This document shows, piece by piece, positions 28,445 to 41,660 of a DNA stretch of 64,000 bases. The DNA is from the human T2T-CHM13v2.0 reference genome, Homo sapiens. Where the stretch lies: NCBI RefSeq assembly GCF_009914755.1, contig NC_060940.1. One strand, given 5' to 3'. How positions within the stretch are numbered: the stretch's first letter is position 1; each line of letters starts with the position of its first letter. A program made the position numbers and the translations under genes. The notes below the pieces were generated by a model. That model did not search any database. It had not been told where the DNA came from and saw nothing but the letters and a program-made list of their open reading frames with translations.

Positions 28445-28709
28445 TTTTTTTTTTTTTTTTTGAGACAGGGTCTTGGCTCACTGCAGCCTTAACCCCTGCG
28501 TTCAAGCAGTTCTCCCACATCAGCCTCCCAAGTAGCTGGGACCACAGGCATGTGCCACCACATCCAACTAATTTTTTTTTTGTATTTTTTGGTACAGATG
28601 GGGTTTTACATATTGGCCAGGGTGGTCTCGAACTCCTGACCTCAAGTTATCTGCTTGCCTAGGCCTCCAAAAATGTTGGGATTACAGGCGTGAGCCACTG
28701 AGACTGGCC
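28445..28709 (-). mobile_element. AluJb-like element with internal deletion
   Basis: Poly-T; GAGACAGGGTCT joined directly to TGGCTCACTGC; remainder is a complete Alu. Confidence 0.9.
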
Positions 28710-29529
28710 TTCTATGATTCCTCCATAGAATATATCATGCATAATTATGTAATGAATTGTTTCTGTACTTGATCTGTCTCTTCTACTAGACTGCAAGCTC
28801 CCTGACAGCACAAACCCTAGCTGTTTAACTGACAAATACATCCCCATTGTTTGGCATTGTGACTAAACAATCACTCAAATATTTGGTGAATAAATAAGTG
28901 AATATTGGGTATATGAGTAATTAAAAAGGCTAACACTATTTGGAGCTTGGTGTAAGAATGATTGGTTTTTACACTTTGATACCAGGAACTATCATAAAAC
29001 TGCCAAATTTGATTTCTCAGCCTAAGAGTTGACACTTTGAATCCCTCTTCCCTTCTCAGGAACAATAGCCTGAATTCCAGCCATTTTTTTGTTCTCCTGG
29101 TCAACCATAAGGATGAAACTGAGTTCCAGTACAGCTTGGAAAAGACATTTGTTTTAAACTTACAAATGTGCCACAAATCCCTTTCTTAGGATCTTAACCA
29201 TGTCAAGGAAAGAGAAATACATGTTGCTGGAAGAGGAGCTGTCTTGCTTTTTAGTGAAATTATGCAGCTGCAATCATGTTACCTCAAACTCAATTTCCAA
29301 AGGACACAATGTGTGAAAAAGATCACACATCATAGGACAAAATCTGTTACACCTATATTTCTAAAAGATATTAGGGGTGTGAGAGGGTCAGAAGAAAGGA
29401 AGATCTTTCTGGTCCAGGCTATAGACAGAGGATCAATTCACTAGATGCTTGCCCAAAGCTTCCTAAAGTATGAAGTTTCATGATATTGCTTCAAATTTTT
29501 ATGGGTTCATCTTTAAAAAAAAAAAAAAA

Positions 29530-31817
29530 GTTTGGCTGTGTCCCCAACCAAATCTCATTTTGAATTGTAACTCCAATAATTCCCATGTGTCATGGGAGGA
29601 ACCCAGTGGGGAGTGATTGAATTATGTAGGTGGGTCTTTCCTGCACTGTTATGATAGTGAATGAGTCTCACAAGCTCTGATGATTTGATAAGGGGAAACC
29701 CACTTCACTTGGCTCTCATTCTTTTCTCTTGTCTGCTGCCATGTGAAATGTGCCTTTCACCTTCCACCATGACTGTGAGGCCTCCCAGCCATGTGGAACT
29801 GTAAGTCCAATAAACCTCTGTCTTTTGTAAATTGCCCAGTCTCGGGTATGTTTCTATTAGAAGTGTGAAAATGGACTAATACAGTCAATTGGTACCAGTA
29901 GAGTGGGGTGTTGCTGAAAAAGATACATGAAAATGTGGATGCAACTTTGGAACTGGGTAACAGGCAGAGGTTGGAACAGGTTGGAGGGCTCAGAAGAAGA
30001 GAGGGAAATTTGGAAAAGTCTGGAACTTCCTAGAGACTTGAATGACTTTGACAAAAATGCTTACAGTGATATGAACAATAAGGTCCAGGCTGAGGTGGTC
30101 TCAGATGGAGATGAGAAACTTGTTGGGGACTAGAGCAAAGGTGACTCTTGTTATGTTTTAGCAAAGAGACTGGCAGCATTTTGCCCCTGCCCTAAAGATC
30201 TGTGGAACTTTGAACTCGAGATGATTTAAAGTATCTGGCAGAAGAAATTTCTAAGCAGCAAAGCATTAAAGAGGTGACTTGGGTGCTGTTAAAGGCATTC
30301 AGTTTTATAAGGGAAACAGAGCATGAAAGTTTGGAAAATTTGCAGCCTGCCAATGTGATAGAAAAGAAAATCCCATTTTCTGAGGAGAAATTCAAACTGG
30401 CTGCAGAAATTTGCATAAGTAATGAAGAACCAAATGTTAATTCCCAAGACAATGGGGAAAATGTCTCCAGGGCAGGTCAGAGGTCTTCACAGCAGCCCCT
30501 CCCATCACAGGCCCAGAGGCCTAGGAGGAAAAAGTGGTTTTGTGGGCTGGGACCAGGGTCCCTGTGCTGTGTTCAGCCTATTGACTTGGTGCCCTGTATC
30601 CCAGCCTCTCCAGCCAAGGCTGAAAGGGACTAATGTAGAACTCAGGCCATGGCTTCAGAAGGTACAAGCCCCAAGACTTGGCAGATACTACATGGTATTG
30701 AGCCTGTGAGTGCACTGAAGTCAAGAATTGGGCTTTGGGAATCTCCACCTAGATTTCAGAGGATGTATGAAAATGCCTGGATGTCCAGGCAGAAGTTTGC
30801 TACAGGGGTGGGGCCCTCATAGAGATCCCCTGCTAGGGCAGTGTGAAAGGGAAATGTGGGTTTGGAACCTCCACACAGAGTCCCTACTGGGGCACCACCT
30901 AGTGGAGCTGTGAGAAGAGAGCCACCATCTTCCAGACCCCAGAATGGCCGATCTACTGACAGCTTGCACTGTGCACCTGGAAAAGCCACAGACAATCAAT
31001 GCCAGTCCATGAAAGCAGCTGGGAGGGAGGCTGTACCCAGCAGAGCCACAGGGACAGAGCTGCCCAGGACCATGGGAACCCACGTTTTGCATCAGCATGA
31101 TACAGACGCAAGACATGGAGTCAAAGGAGATCATTTTGGAGCTTTAAGATTTGACTGCCCCACTGGATTTCAGACTTGCGTGGGGCCAGTAGCCCCTTTG
31201 TTTTAGCCAATTTCTTCCATTTGAAATGGCTGTATTTACCCAATGCCTGTATCCCCATTGTATCTAAGAAGTAACTAACTTGCTTTTGATTTTACAGGAT
31301 CATAGGTGGAAGGGACTTGCCTTGTCCCAGATGAAACACTGGACTGTAGACTTTTGAGTTAATGCTGAAATGAGTTAAGACTTTGGGGGCTGTTGGCAAG
31401 ACATGATGCTTTTGAAATGTGACAACATTAGATTTGGGAGGGGCTGGGGTGGAATCATATGGTTTGGCTGTGCCCCCACCCAAATCTCTTCTGGAATTTT
31501 TACTCCCATAATTCCCACATGTTGTGGGAGGAACCTGGTAGGAGGTGACTGAATTATGGGGGTGAGTCTTTCCTGCACTGTTCTCATGATAGTGAATGAG
31601 TCTCACAAGATCTGAAGGTTTAATAAGGGGAAACCCATTTCGCTTAGCTCTCATTCTCCTCTTGTCTGCCGCCACATGAGATGTGCCCTTCACCTTCCAC
31701 CATGATTGTGAGGCCTACTCAGCCATGTGGAACAGTAAGTCCAATAAACCTCTTTCTTTTGTAAATTGCCCAGTCTCATGTATGTCTTTATCAGCAGCAT
31801 GAAAATGGACTAATACA
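29530..31817 (+). mobile_element. Near full-length THE1 (THE1A/B-class MaLR) provirus: 5'LTR 29530-29883, internal 29884-31454, 3'LTR 31455-31817
   Basis: Two homologous LTRs ending GGACTAATACA with AATAAA; internal region starts GTCAATTGGTACCAGTAGAGTGGGG and ends in a polypurine tract; ORFs 29927, 30274 and 30856 are broken THE1-int frames. Confidence 0.96.
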
Positions 31818-32014
31818 CCCTGGAAAATGAGATTCTGATAAAAATCGCCAAAATGCACAAATAATGTTTTGTACACAAGCTGAGTTCTAAAGCTGCACCT
31901 TCATTTTCCTTATGTGTTAAATGAAAATATTACTTATACCTCATAGGTAGTTATTCAGGTTAAACAAAATACTCTAAGAAATACTCTATGACAGTGGCTG
32001 GCATTGCAGATGAC

Positions 32015-32921
32015 TGACAAATACATGGGAGAAAATATTTGCAAACTACACCTCTGACAAAGGACTGGTGTCTAGAATCTATAATACAAGAAACTCAAAC
32101 AAAACAGCAAATAATCTCACCCGTAAGTGGGCAAAGGACATGAATATTTTTCAAAAGAAGACATCCAATCAGCCAACAAACATATGAAAACATGCTCAAC
32201 ATCAGTAATCATCAGGGAAATGCAAATTAAAACCTCCATGAGGTGCCACCTTCCTCCTGCAAGAAAGGCCATTATTAAATTTTGAAAAACAATAGATGTT
32301 AGTGTGGATTTGGGGAAAAGGGAACACTTACATACTGTGGAAATGTAAATTAATACAATCTCTATGGAAAAGAGTATGGAGGTTCCTGAAATAGCTAAAA
32401 GTAGATATACCATTCAAACTAGCAATCCCACTACCCAAAGTAAAATAAGTCATTATATAGACACTTGCACACATATGTTAATAAGGGCAGAATTCACAAC
32501 TGCAAAGATGTGGATCCAACCTAGGTGCCCATTGGCTAATGAGTGGATAAAGAAAATGTGGTATATATACACCATGAAATACTACTCAGTCATTAAAAGG
32601 AATGAAATAAAGTCTCTTACAGCAACTTGGATGGAGCTGGAGGCCATTATTCTAAGTTGACTGACACAGGAGTAGAAAACCAAAAACCACATGTTCTCAC
32701 TCATAAAGAGGAGCTAAGCTATGAGTAAGCAAAGTGATATAATGAACCTTAAAGACTCAGAAGATAGAAGGTGGGAGGGGGCTAAGGATAGAAAATTACA
32801 CATTAGGGGCAATGTACTCTACTCAGGTTATGAATGCACTATATAATTCATCCATATAACAAAAAAACTACCGTACACCAAAAGCTATTGAAATAAACAT
32901 TAAAAAACATTAAAAAAAAAA
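32015..32921 (+). mobile_element. 5'-truncated L1PB-type LINE-1 (L1PB2/3-like)
   Basis: Decayed ORF2 C-terminus (NEWIKKMWYIYTM...TWMELEAIILS); 3'UTR GAGCTAAGCTATGAG...AAGCTATTGAAATAAA. Confidence 0.9.
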
Positions 32922-34366
32922 GCTGATACCTCTCACCCAGAAAAAAACAACAAAGTTTCTTCCCCCGTAATGATTCATTTGAGTTAATGTGTAATCTGTC
33001 CAGTTTGTAATGACATTTTAAGCATTCACTCTAAGTACAGAAGACAGTGTGCTCTTAGGTAATTATTAAACACCCAATAGTTATAAAATTCACGTATCTG
33101 CATTTAGATAACAGGGATTTTATAAATCCCATTTATTGCATCACATCTTACACACTATTTGCCTTCCCTTCTTTCTCTATGACACCAGGGACATAAAGAG
33201 TTTGGCCAAAATCCTTCTAGCTGTATTTCAGATCTGCGTCTTCCAATCCCACAACCTTATCTACTCTACATCCACAAAACTGTATTTTTATGATGAACAT
33301 TTTCTCAAGTCCTGTTATGCTTTGGGCCCAAGCTAAATGATTAAAAGATGATTCAGATGTAATTCTTATACACCAGAGATAGATAGATGCAAAGGAATCT
33401 TTGTCAAAACCTCTATGTCTTTGTAATTGCCTGTTAAGATAGAGTAAATTTATATCCATGGGAGTTATTTATTTATAAGGAAATGATGGCTGAGAGAAGT
33501 TGAGATTCTGACACTAAGGGCATGCAACCAAGACTCAAACATAGGCTTCTTGACCTTAACTAACATTGTGTTTTACTTTCATGGAGCACTATCCAGTCTT
33601 AGATTTCTACTGAAGACAGGGGTGGGAGTTGACATTTTTTCCAGCAGGGAAACAATGAAGTAAAAAATATCTTCTTGATTAATCCTAGTTCAGAAAACTC
33701 AACTTTAAGTTCACAAAAAAGGGGAAAAAAAGTTTACAGGAAATTTTTTATTTATTCATATTTTAATTAGTCTATTAGCATGTGGAGGTAATGCACTTAA
33801 ACGGGACCTTGGCAGGAAAAGCACATTTTAAACAATAAGAAACCAGGGAAAACATTGAACATAGCTATTATTTTTGGCAGGAGTCTTTTCTTACATCTTT
33901 TTTTTCCTTTTTGTTTCTCCTTTCTGGTAACAAAAGGGGAAAAAAGTTTAAATGGAAGAAGATTGCACAGAGGTGGGGATTAACATATTTAATTTACATA
34001 ATGTCAGTGTGTTAAAGACTACGTAGGTGCAGCAGTATCAAATATTCTTAGTTAAGAAGCAGTTCAAAATAGGAACCTCTTTTATTGCACACATTCACGA
34101 AGTTCATTGTGAGGCTAAGTTAAAAACGAACACCATTTTCTCAGCAAAGGCAGCACAAGATCTGCATAGAGGTATATAATTATGTAGAAAGAAGAGTAGT
34201 TCTTCTCTTGATTCACTCCCCAGGTGATGTAATGGGGATATCATTGATGATATAATTTGATCCTCTTGGCCCATCAAATGGTGAAATCCACATAGAATAC
34301 CATATTTTTATTTTAAAAATAGAATTATTTTATTTTAAAAATACAACACCATTGATGTTGGAAAGT

Positions 34367-34391
34367 TGTGTGTGTGTGTGTGTGTGTGTGT
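34367..34391. repeat. (TG)n microsatellite
   Basis: Direct reading. Confidence 0.95.
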
Positions 34392-35459
34392 TTTAGGTAG
34401 AATCATCAAAATTCCTCTCTGTGAAAGACACAGCTGGCTGCATAGTAGCTTTCTGCCTTGGATGCTGCTAATGTTCACCAGCAGCTTTCACTCAGAGTTT
34501 TTACCGAAAGACCATAGTGCATTCTCCTCTACCCAGCATGCTTGGTTTAATGCCTGCATTGGAACGGTGTTCCAGATTCATCACTCAAAAATCAGTTCTG
34601 CTGTCCTTTAGCTAGAAACCTCTGGTTTGATTTTTATCTCAACGTTTCTGTTTGGGACTGAGGGAGAAGAATGAGAACCAATGACCCAGTTTTAAGATCA
34701 ATGGGGTGTAATGGACACAACATGGGATCCATAATAACTAACTGGGTTCAAAGACAGTGTCAGAGTGGGGATGCTTCTTCTGCGTGTATTTTATTTATTT
34801 TCAGCTATAGGAAACTCGACTGTTGTGATACTTCTGGGTACATGTCTTTACCTTCTATATCTCAGGGAATCTGGAGTGACAATCATGTAGGTAAATTTGT
34901 AAAAGATGGGATATTCAGTTCCACATTGCACTACTTCCTCTTGGGGTTCAAGTCTACCTGTCCAGTGGTCCTTACTTACCTAGGTAGACCCTTTCCACAT
35001 GATTAGGCCTGCTACCCTGGTCCAGAGTTGCTTGGGACTGGGTGAGTCCATTTGCCTAACTTGTGATTAAAGTAGCAGCAAGTTCATCTGGCTAACAGAT
35101 CTAATGTGACATCCTTTGATCTTATACAGCCTTCATGGTCACCAAAGAGCTATTTAAGCTTCCCTGTGTATTCTTTGTTCTATATCAGATTGGTCAGAAT
35201 CAAGATGGGAAAATGGATGATATATATAGTTTGTTATCTGAGTGATAATTATGTTGCCTGTTGAATAATTTAAGACAAAAGATGAAGTTTAGATAAAGTG
35301 AAAACATGCAAAACATCTTACACAGTAGCTATGAAAGACAACTCAAATCGTACTTGACATCACCGTTCCCAGGAAAATTTATACTGTTGGCCAGAAAAAG
35401 TCGCTATGCCTTTCCTGTCCTTTCTGGACAGGAATGTTCAGAATTATTGTTTTAGATGA

Positions 35460-35950
35460 TTGTATGTATGACCTGTTCTTCCTTAAAACCATTTAATGGC
35501 TCTCCCAGATGAAGAGGACAAAGTTCAATGTCCCTGGCACAGCAAAGAGGACATTTAGCAATCTGACCATTCCTTTCATTTCCCTCACATTAGTCTTTTC
35601 CCCAGTTTAGGTCCTTCCAGGCCTTAGCTGATGTTGAGTCTCCCATCTGAAATGTTTTCACCTTTCCTTCTCCACTGTGAATTTTTACCTGACTCACTTT
35701 CAAGGCCAAACTCACATGCCTCCCTCTCTGCTAAAGTGTATTAATTGTTCTTACCTCTGTGTTCTCAGAACTTTTTATTCATATCTTTACAATAGATTAA
35801 TCACATTGTAACATCATTGATGTGTGTGTGTGTGAGTGTTTTCCTGGAAAAGTTAGGACTCCTAGAGGATAAAGATCATCAATTTATCACTTCTGTGTCT
35901 ACAGAGCTTGAAAAACACTAGGTATTAAATAAATGTATAAGGGATTGAAT
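35460..35950 (+). mobile_element. L2 3' region
   Basis: CTTAAAACCATTTAATGGCTC...TTTCAAGGCCAAACTCACATGCC...TAGGTATTAAATAAATG. Confidence 0.6.
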
Positions 35951-36391
35951 ATACAGCACTCACAAAAAATCTAATTGGGATTACAAAGTGTGAAAGAATT
36001 AAAATAAAACTCCATTATTTAAAAAGAAAAACAACATCTTTAAAACAGAGATCATCAAACCCTTTGCTTTGCCTTGTTCTTACATCCCTTTGCATTCATG
36101 GAGTTGTTAATTAGTTTCTTCTCCCTCTAGCTTTATAAGTCGCTATTGAGTATTTGTGTTTATAAACCAAATGATGTTGGTTCTTATGGGATCAAATTAC
36201 GTACAACTGATGACTGGGTGTGTTGCAGGGTATTTATGACAGCTTTGTGAAACTTGGGAACAATTTTTTAGGAGAATTCCAATCAAGAAAAAATGTTTTT
36301 TTCCCCCCAGACACTGTCTGGTAAAAGCAATTGATTTTACAAATAAATTGCATTCATAAATACAAAATATTTTAACAAATATTAACAATTA

Positions 36392-36610
36392 AATAATAGC
36401 TAATTATTATTTAGTAATTAGTATGTTTCCAACACTTTCTAAAGCATTTTACAACTATTAACTCATTTAATTCTCAGGATAATGCTATTGAATGTTTATA
36501 ATTTCCCCAATTCACAGCTGAGAAAAATGACCTTACAGGGGTAGGAAGAATCTCAGCCTCTATCTGAAACTAATCAGCTGACTACTGGTCCCACACTCCT
36601 AACTTAACAA
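36392..36610 (-). mobile_element. MIR
   Basis: CTAAAGCATTTTACAACTATTAACTCATTTAATTCTCA...ACAGCTGAGAAAA. Confidence 0.7.
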
Positions 36611-37748
36611 ATGTCACTATTGTATAAAGCAAAAAAGGTCAAACAATTTCAAAATAGCTCATGCATTTTACTTGTGGTTCTGAAATGCTGTAAAAGGGCA
36701 CAAGGTCTGGAAGTAATGCTTTTAATCTTGTTATTGCTCTCATATGTCTCAGTGACTCCAGCATCATTCTCTCCAGTGCCTCTGTATTTATTGCCTGCTA
36801 TGTGAACACTTCTCAGTTCCTGGCCTGTGCCTCTTTTCTACTCTCCATTCCCCATTTCTGACTCACAATCCCCATCAACAATGTCAAATGGGACACCTAA
36901 GTAAGACAGTACCCTCCTCACCTCAAGTATCACCTCCTGAAGAAAGTTTTCTCCAAGTAGCCAAACTAAAGCATCACCCGCTCATCCTCTATTCCATGCA
37001 TTTCTTTAAAGCAGTGTATCTCTGGATTTACTGTATTAATTTATGGGCTAAGTGTGTGTTATATGTGTCCTCCCTCACTTCTCCCAGCACATGGATTTCT
37101 AGAGACCAAGAACATCATTTCAATGATCACTCAATCACCTTGCTTAGTTCTCAAAACAAAAGTATGCTGGTCTGAGTGGGGCTTATACAGAAGAGAAAAG
37201 TCAGAGGCCTAGTTACAATTGGTGAATGGGGAAAGATTGAAGACATTCACATTGTACTATTTTTGTAGTAATATATCAACTTTTCCAGAATGCTATATAT
37301 TTAATGTATGTAATGCTACAGACACACACCTTCACCTGAGATATATGTATATACATTTTTTTAATTAATTCTCAAGTCTTGAGAAAATAAAAAAGATATC
37401 CCTCACATAGTAAAATATGTTGGAAATACATACATGAGGTCTGACTGAGACTCCAGACAAGATGTAGTTTAAAATTATCAGATTTTTGTTCCTTCTTCAC
37501 GTTCTAGTAAAGAACATCTGTAGTTATTGTCATAGACATAGCAATACCTGACTCTAATAGTACTAATGTATGCATCATTGATTATGTAACAGGCATTGAG
37601 TTTAATATTCTGTGTTGCTTTGTTCTTTTCCATTTTATGATTCATCACAATGTTGTGAGAAAGACACTTTCATTGCTCAATGAAATATGGAGAAACTGAG
37701 ATTCAGAAAATTTTGTTAAATTGCCCTAGGTCAGAAAGTCAGGATTCA

Positions 37749-38056
<308 letters not shown>

Positions 38057-39221
38057 TCAGGATTCAAACCTGAGTTTGACTGATTCTGGTCTATTATCTT
38101 AACCACAATGCTATACTATAAGTTTCTGAATATCAGAGAGTCCAGTGCAAAACTGGCCAAATGTAGCAATTAACAATCCCCACTCCCCTCCATTCCACCC
38201 CTACTGCCTCAGCTCTGTACAGAATGGAGAGTTAAGAGGAAGTATTTATTCATTGTTTAAATTGTCACTACGATGTGGAAGAAGTATGTTGTTGGCACTT
38301 ATTTTTTCCAAACCTGACACTGTACATACCGAACGATTTTTCTATTCTCAGTCTTCTATGTCAAGAATAATTTTCATATCAACTAATAGTACATCAGGGA
38401 TATTTTGCTTACAATTATTTTTGTCTGCCAGGAATAGGGGCTGCTCTTTCTCTACAGCCTAATCTTGGGTTTAGAGTGCTTACATTACTTGGCAACTATA
38501 TTTCCAGGTGCTAGGCAATAGATTCTAAGAGAAATTTAACATGATAACAATGCACCGCTGGCAACAGTAGTCAAGACAGCATATTGATTTATTCCTGCAA
38601 ACTTGTAAAGCTTTAGATGAGAGTCTTCCCTTATCACTAGCACTTTGCTGTCACTGAAATTGGCTTATAAGACACAAATCCATGTGAAAAGTTGGAAGGG
38701 TAACAATTAGAGAAGAAATGTTATCCTTTTAACCATCCATTTTCTGCAAAAGATTTTTCTGTTTCTATATACTTGTTTGTAATAACCGTTTCTAGAACAA
38801 GAGTAAACTAAAGATGATTCAAGTAATGCTAGATTTATTTATTGTGTGTAAGCTCTCCAGGGGATCAGACCATGTTTGTATTTTACTTTGTTGTATTCAA
38901 AACAGCTATCAGACTGCAGTGCACATCCTAACCTTAAAATATTGTCAAATGATTGCTAAGCAGTTTCTGTTTTATTATCTGTATCTTACAAGTAATAGTA
39001 TCACCCTTTTACTGATTAGAAAAAAAACCTGTCTCAGGGAAATATGTAAAAATTAATATGGTAATTTGATAATAGGAATTATTTTATTTTCTATCCTGTT
39101 TTAGAATGATCCTCAGTCTTGGGATTTTCATTTCTCAAAGGAATTTTCCTCTGTTTTTTTTTTAAATTGTTGATTGGTTTGAGTGTGATAAGACAATGGA
39201 AAGGCCCCACAAACCTTCAAT

Positions 39222-39618
39222 AGCTCCAAACTGCTGTGCAAGCTGCTCTGCCCCTTGGGCCATATGATCCAGCAGAGCCAACTGTGCTTGAAGAAACAGC
39301 AGCTGATAGGGAAGTTGTTTGGAGCCTTTGGCAAGCCCCTATAGGTGAATCACAGTACAAGCCTTTAGTATTTTGGAGCAAGGCTCTGCCGTCATTCATA
39401 GATAACCACGCTCCTTTAAACAACAACTATTAGCCTGCTACTTGGCCTTGGTAAAGACTGAATGCTTGACCATAAACCACGAAGTTGCCAAGCAACCTGA
39501 GATGCCCATCATGAACTGAGTGTCACCTGGCCTACAAAGTCATGGGTTGGGTGTGAACAGCAACTCTTCATCATCACATGGAAGTGGTAGATATGTGATA
39601 TGCTAGGGTATGAGCAGT
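39222..39618 (+). mobile_element. ERVL (HERV-L-like) internal pol fragment, RT-RNase H connection region
   Basis: Translation VQAALPLGPYDPAEP...VWSLWQAPIGESQYKPLVFWSKALPS; after a frameshift LLACYLALVKTE...PEMPIMN...IITWKW, matching the ERVL pol pattern. Confidence 0.88.
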
Positions 39619-39655
39619 AGCAATGAGTTAATTTTTGAAGATTAAAGACAAATAT

Positions 39656-39990
<335 letters not shown>

Positions 39991-41325
39991 TCATTCAATG
40001 CAGAACCACATGAATCAAGAATTGAAACAAAATCCTCACTTAGTTGGATTATTCCATCTAGTAAGAATTACTGTCCAAATGTCCTTAATAAGTTATGAGA
40101 TTTCATAACCTTATCTATAAATTTAGCCAACTACTACATTAAGATTAAGATGGTAATACATAATCTAAATTGCCCAGGATAAGTAAAATACAACACAAAC
40201 TTGATAAGTTAGCCTTATTTTTATGGTTAAATGTATTGAGCTTCAGAAAGCTTTTCTAAAATATTGGCATAGTGGAACAGACATGAATATGAGTTTCTGC
40301 TTATTTTTTGCTTTTATCCTTTTCTGTACTTTCCAATTTTTTAAAATGAATATCTACTGGCTTTTCCAAAATATATGTATTAGGATTCTTTCCAAAAAAC
40401 TTCATGTAGGATTAGTACCATTCTTTGTATATTATTACAAAATTTGTAAACCATTATTTACATACTTCTTGGTATTTCATCAGGTGCACATGCCTTAATG
40501 TTTTGCTGTTGATAGTAATTTCAGGTTTTCTTTTTTTTCCTGGTTGTGTTTTGCTTTTTTACTTTTCTAAATAGCACTGGGATAAACATCTTATTTTGAT
40601 TATTATAAGTAAATAGTAACTTTAAAAAAATTTTACAATTTACAGGCCATTATTGCCAGTAACTTCCTCTAAAATCCTATTCTAAAAGGAGCTATTATTA
40701 CTGTAATTGCTATTCTGCTTTAGAAGAAAACGCAAGGTCGATGTGAACAGGAAGACAATGTTTAACAGTTGATGATCAGAGGAAGAGACCTTAATGTTTA
40801 GTATTTCATTTAGGAAAGGACTTAGGAAAGCTTCCTTATAATGACTAATTAATGCATTAATTTTATACTTGGGAAGAAATGGACATCAAAAACGAATTAG
40901 GTGATCACCAGTGACCACACATTTAAAAAAATCTTAATGTATGCTAAGCTTTCAAATTAACTCATTGTTCTTTTAGCAACAGTGCATAGATTTGACAGAA
41001 CAAATAATGTTGGTCATTCTATTAAAAAAAGTAGATGAGCTAAAATTAATATCAATTGAAAACACGCCTGTGAAAATTAAGAGCTGAAATTAGAAAAATT
41101 ATGTAGATATTTCTCAGTTTCTGTAGTAGAAATGCTGTCATTCTTTTTTTCTGTATGACCAATACCAGATGCAATCAAGCCAGACTTCCATTAAAAGGGG
41201 AATAAACCCAGCAAATATTTACTGTCTTTTTAGAAAAGTTTAATCTAACAATTAAAAAACATAGCAAACATAACACATTTATTTCCCACAAAAATAGTTT
41301 TCTTTTAAAAACATTTAAAGCACTC

Positions 41326-41440
41326 AGCCGGGCGCAGTGGCTCACACATGTAATCCCAGCACTTTGGGAGGCTGGGGCAGGCAGATCACAAGGTCAGGAG
41401 ATGGGGACCATCCTGGCCAACACAGTGAAATCCCAACTCT

Positions 41441-41477
<37 letters not shown>

Positions 41478-41660
41478 AGCCAAGTGTGGTGGTGGGCACC
41501 TGTAGTCCCAGCTACTCAGGAGGCTGAGGCAGGAGAATGGCATGAACCCAGGAGGCAGAGCTTGCAGTGAGCCCAGATCACATCACTGCACTCCAGCCTG
41601 GGTGACAGAGTGAGACTCTCTCTAAAAAAAAAAAAAAAAAAGAAAAAAGGAAAAAAAAGA
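41326..41660 (+). mobile_element. AluY/AluSc8-like element with A32 linker
   Basis: GAATGGCATGAACC and GAGCTTGCAG diagnostics; TSD ATTTAAAGCACTC at 41313-41325 and 41663-41675. Confidence 0.93.

Noticed and set aside
29927-31206. Overlapping ORFs in the THE1 internal region
   Set aside because: Broken remnants of the MaLR internal frame with stops and frameshifts.
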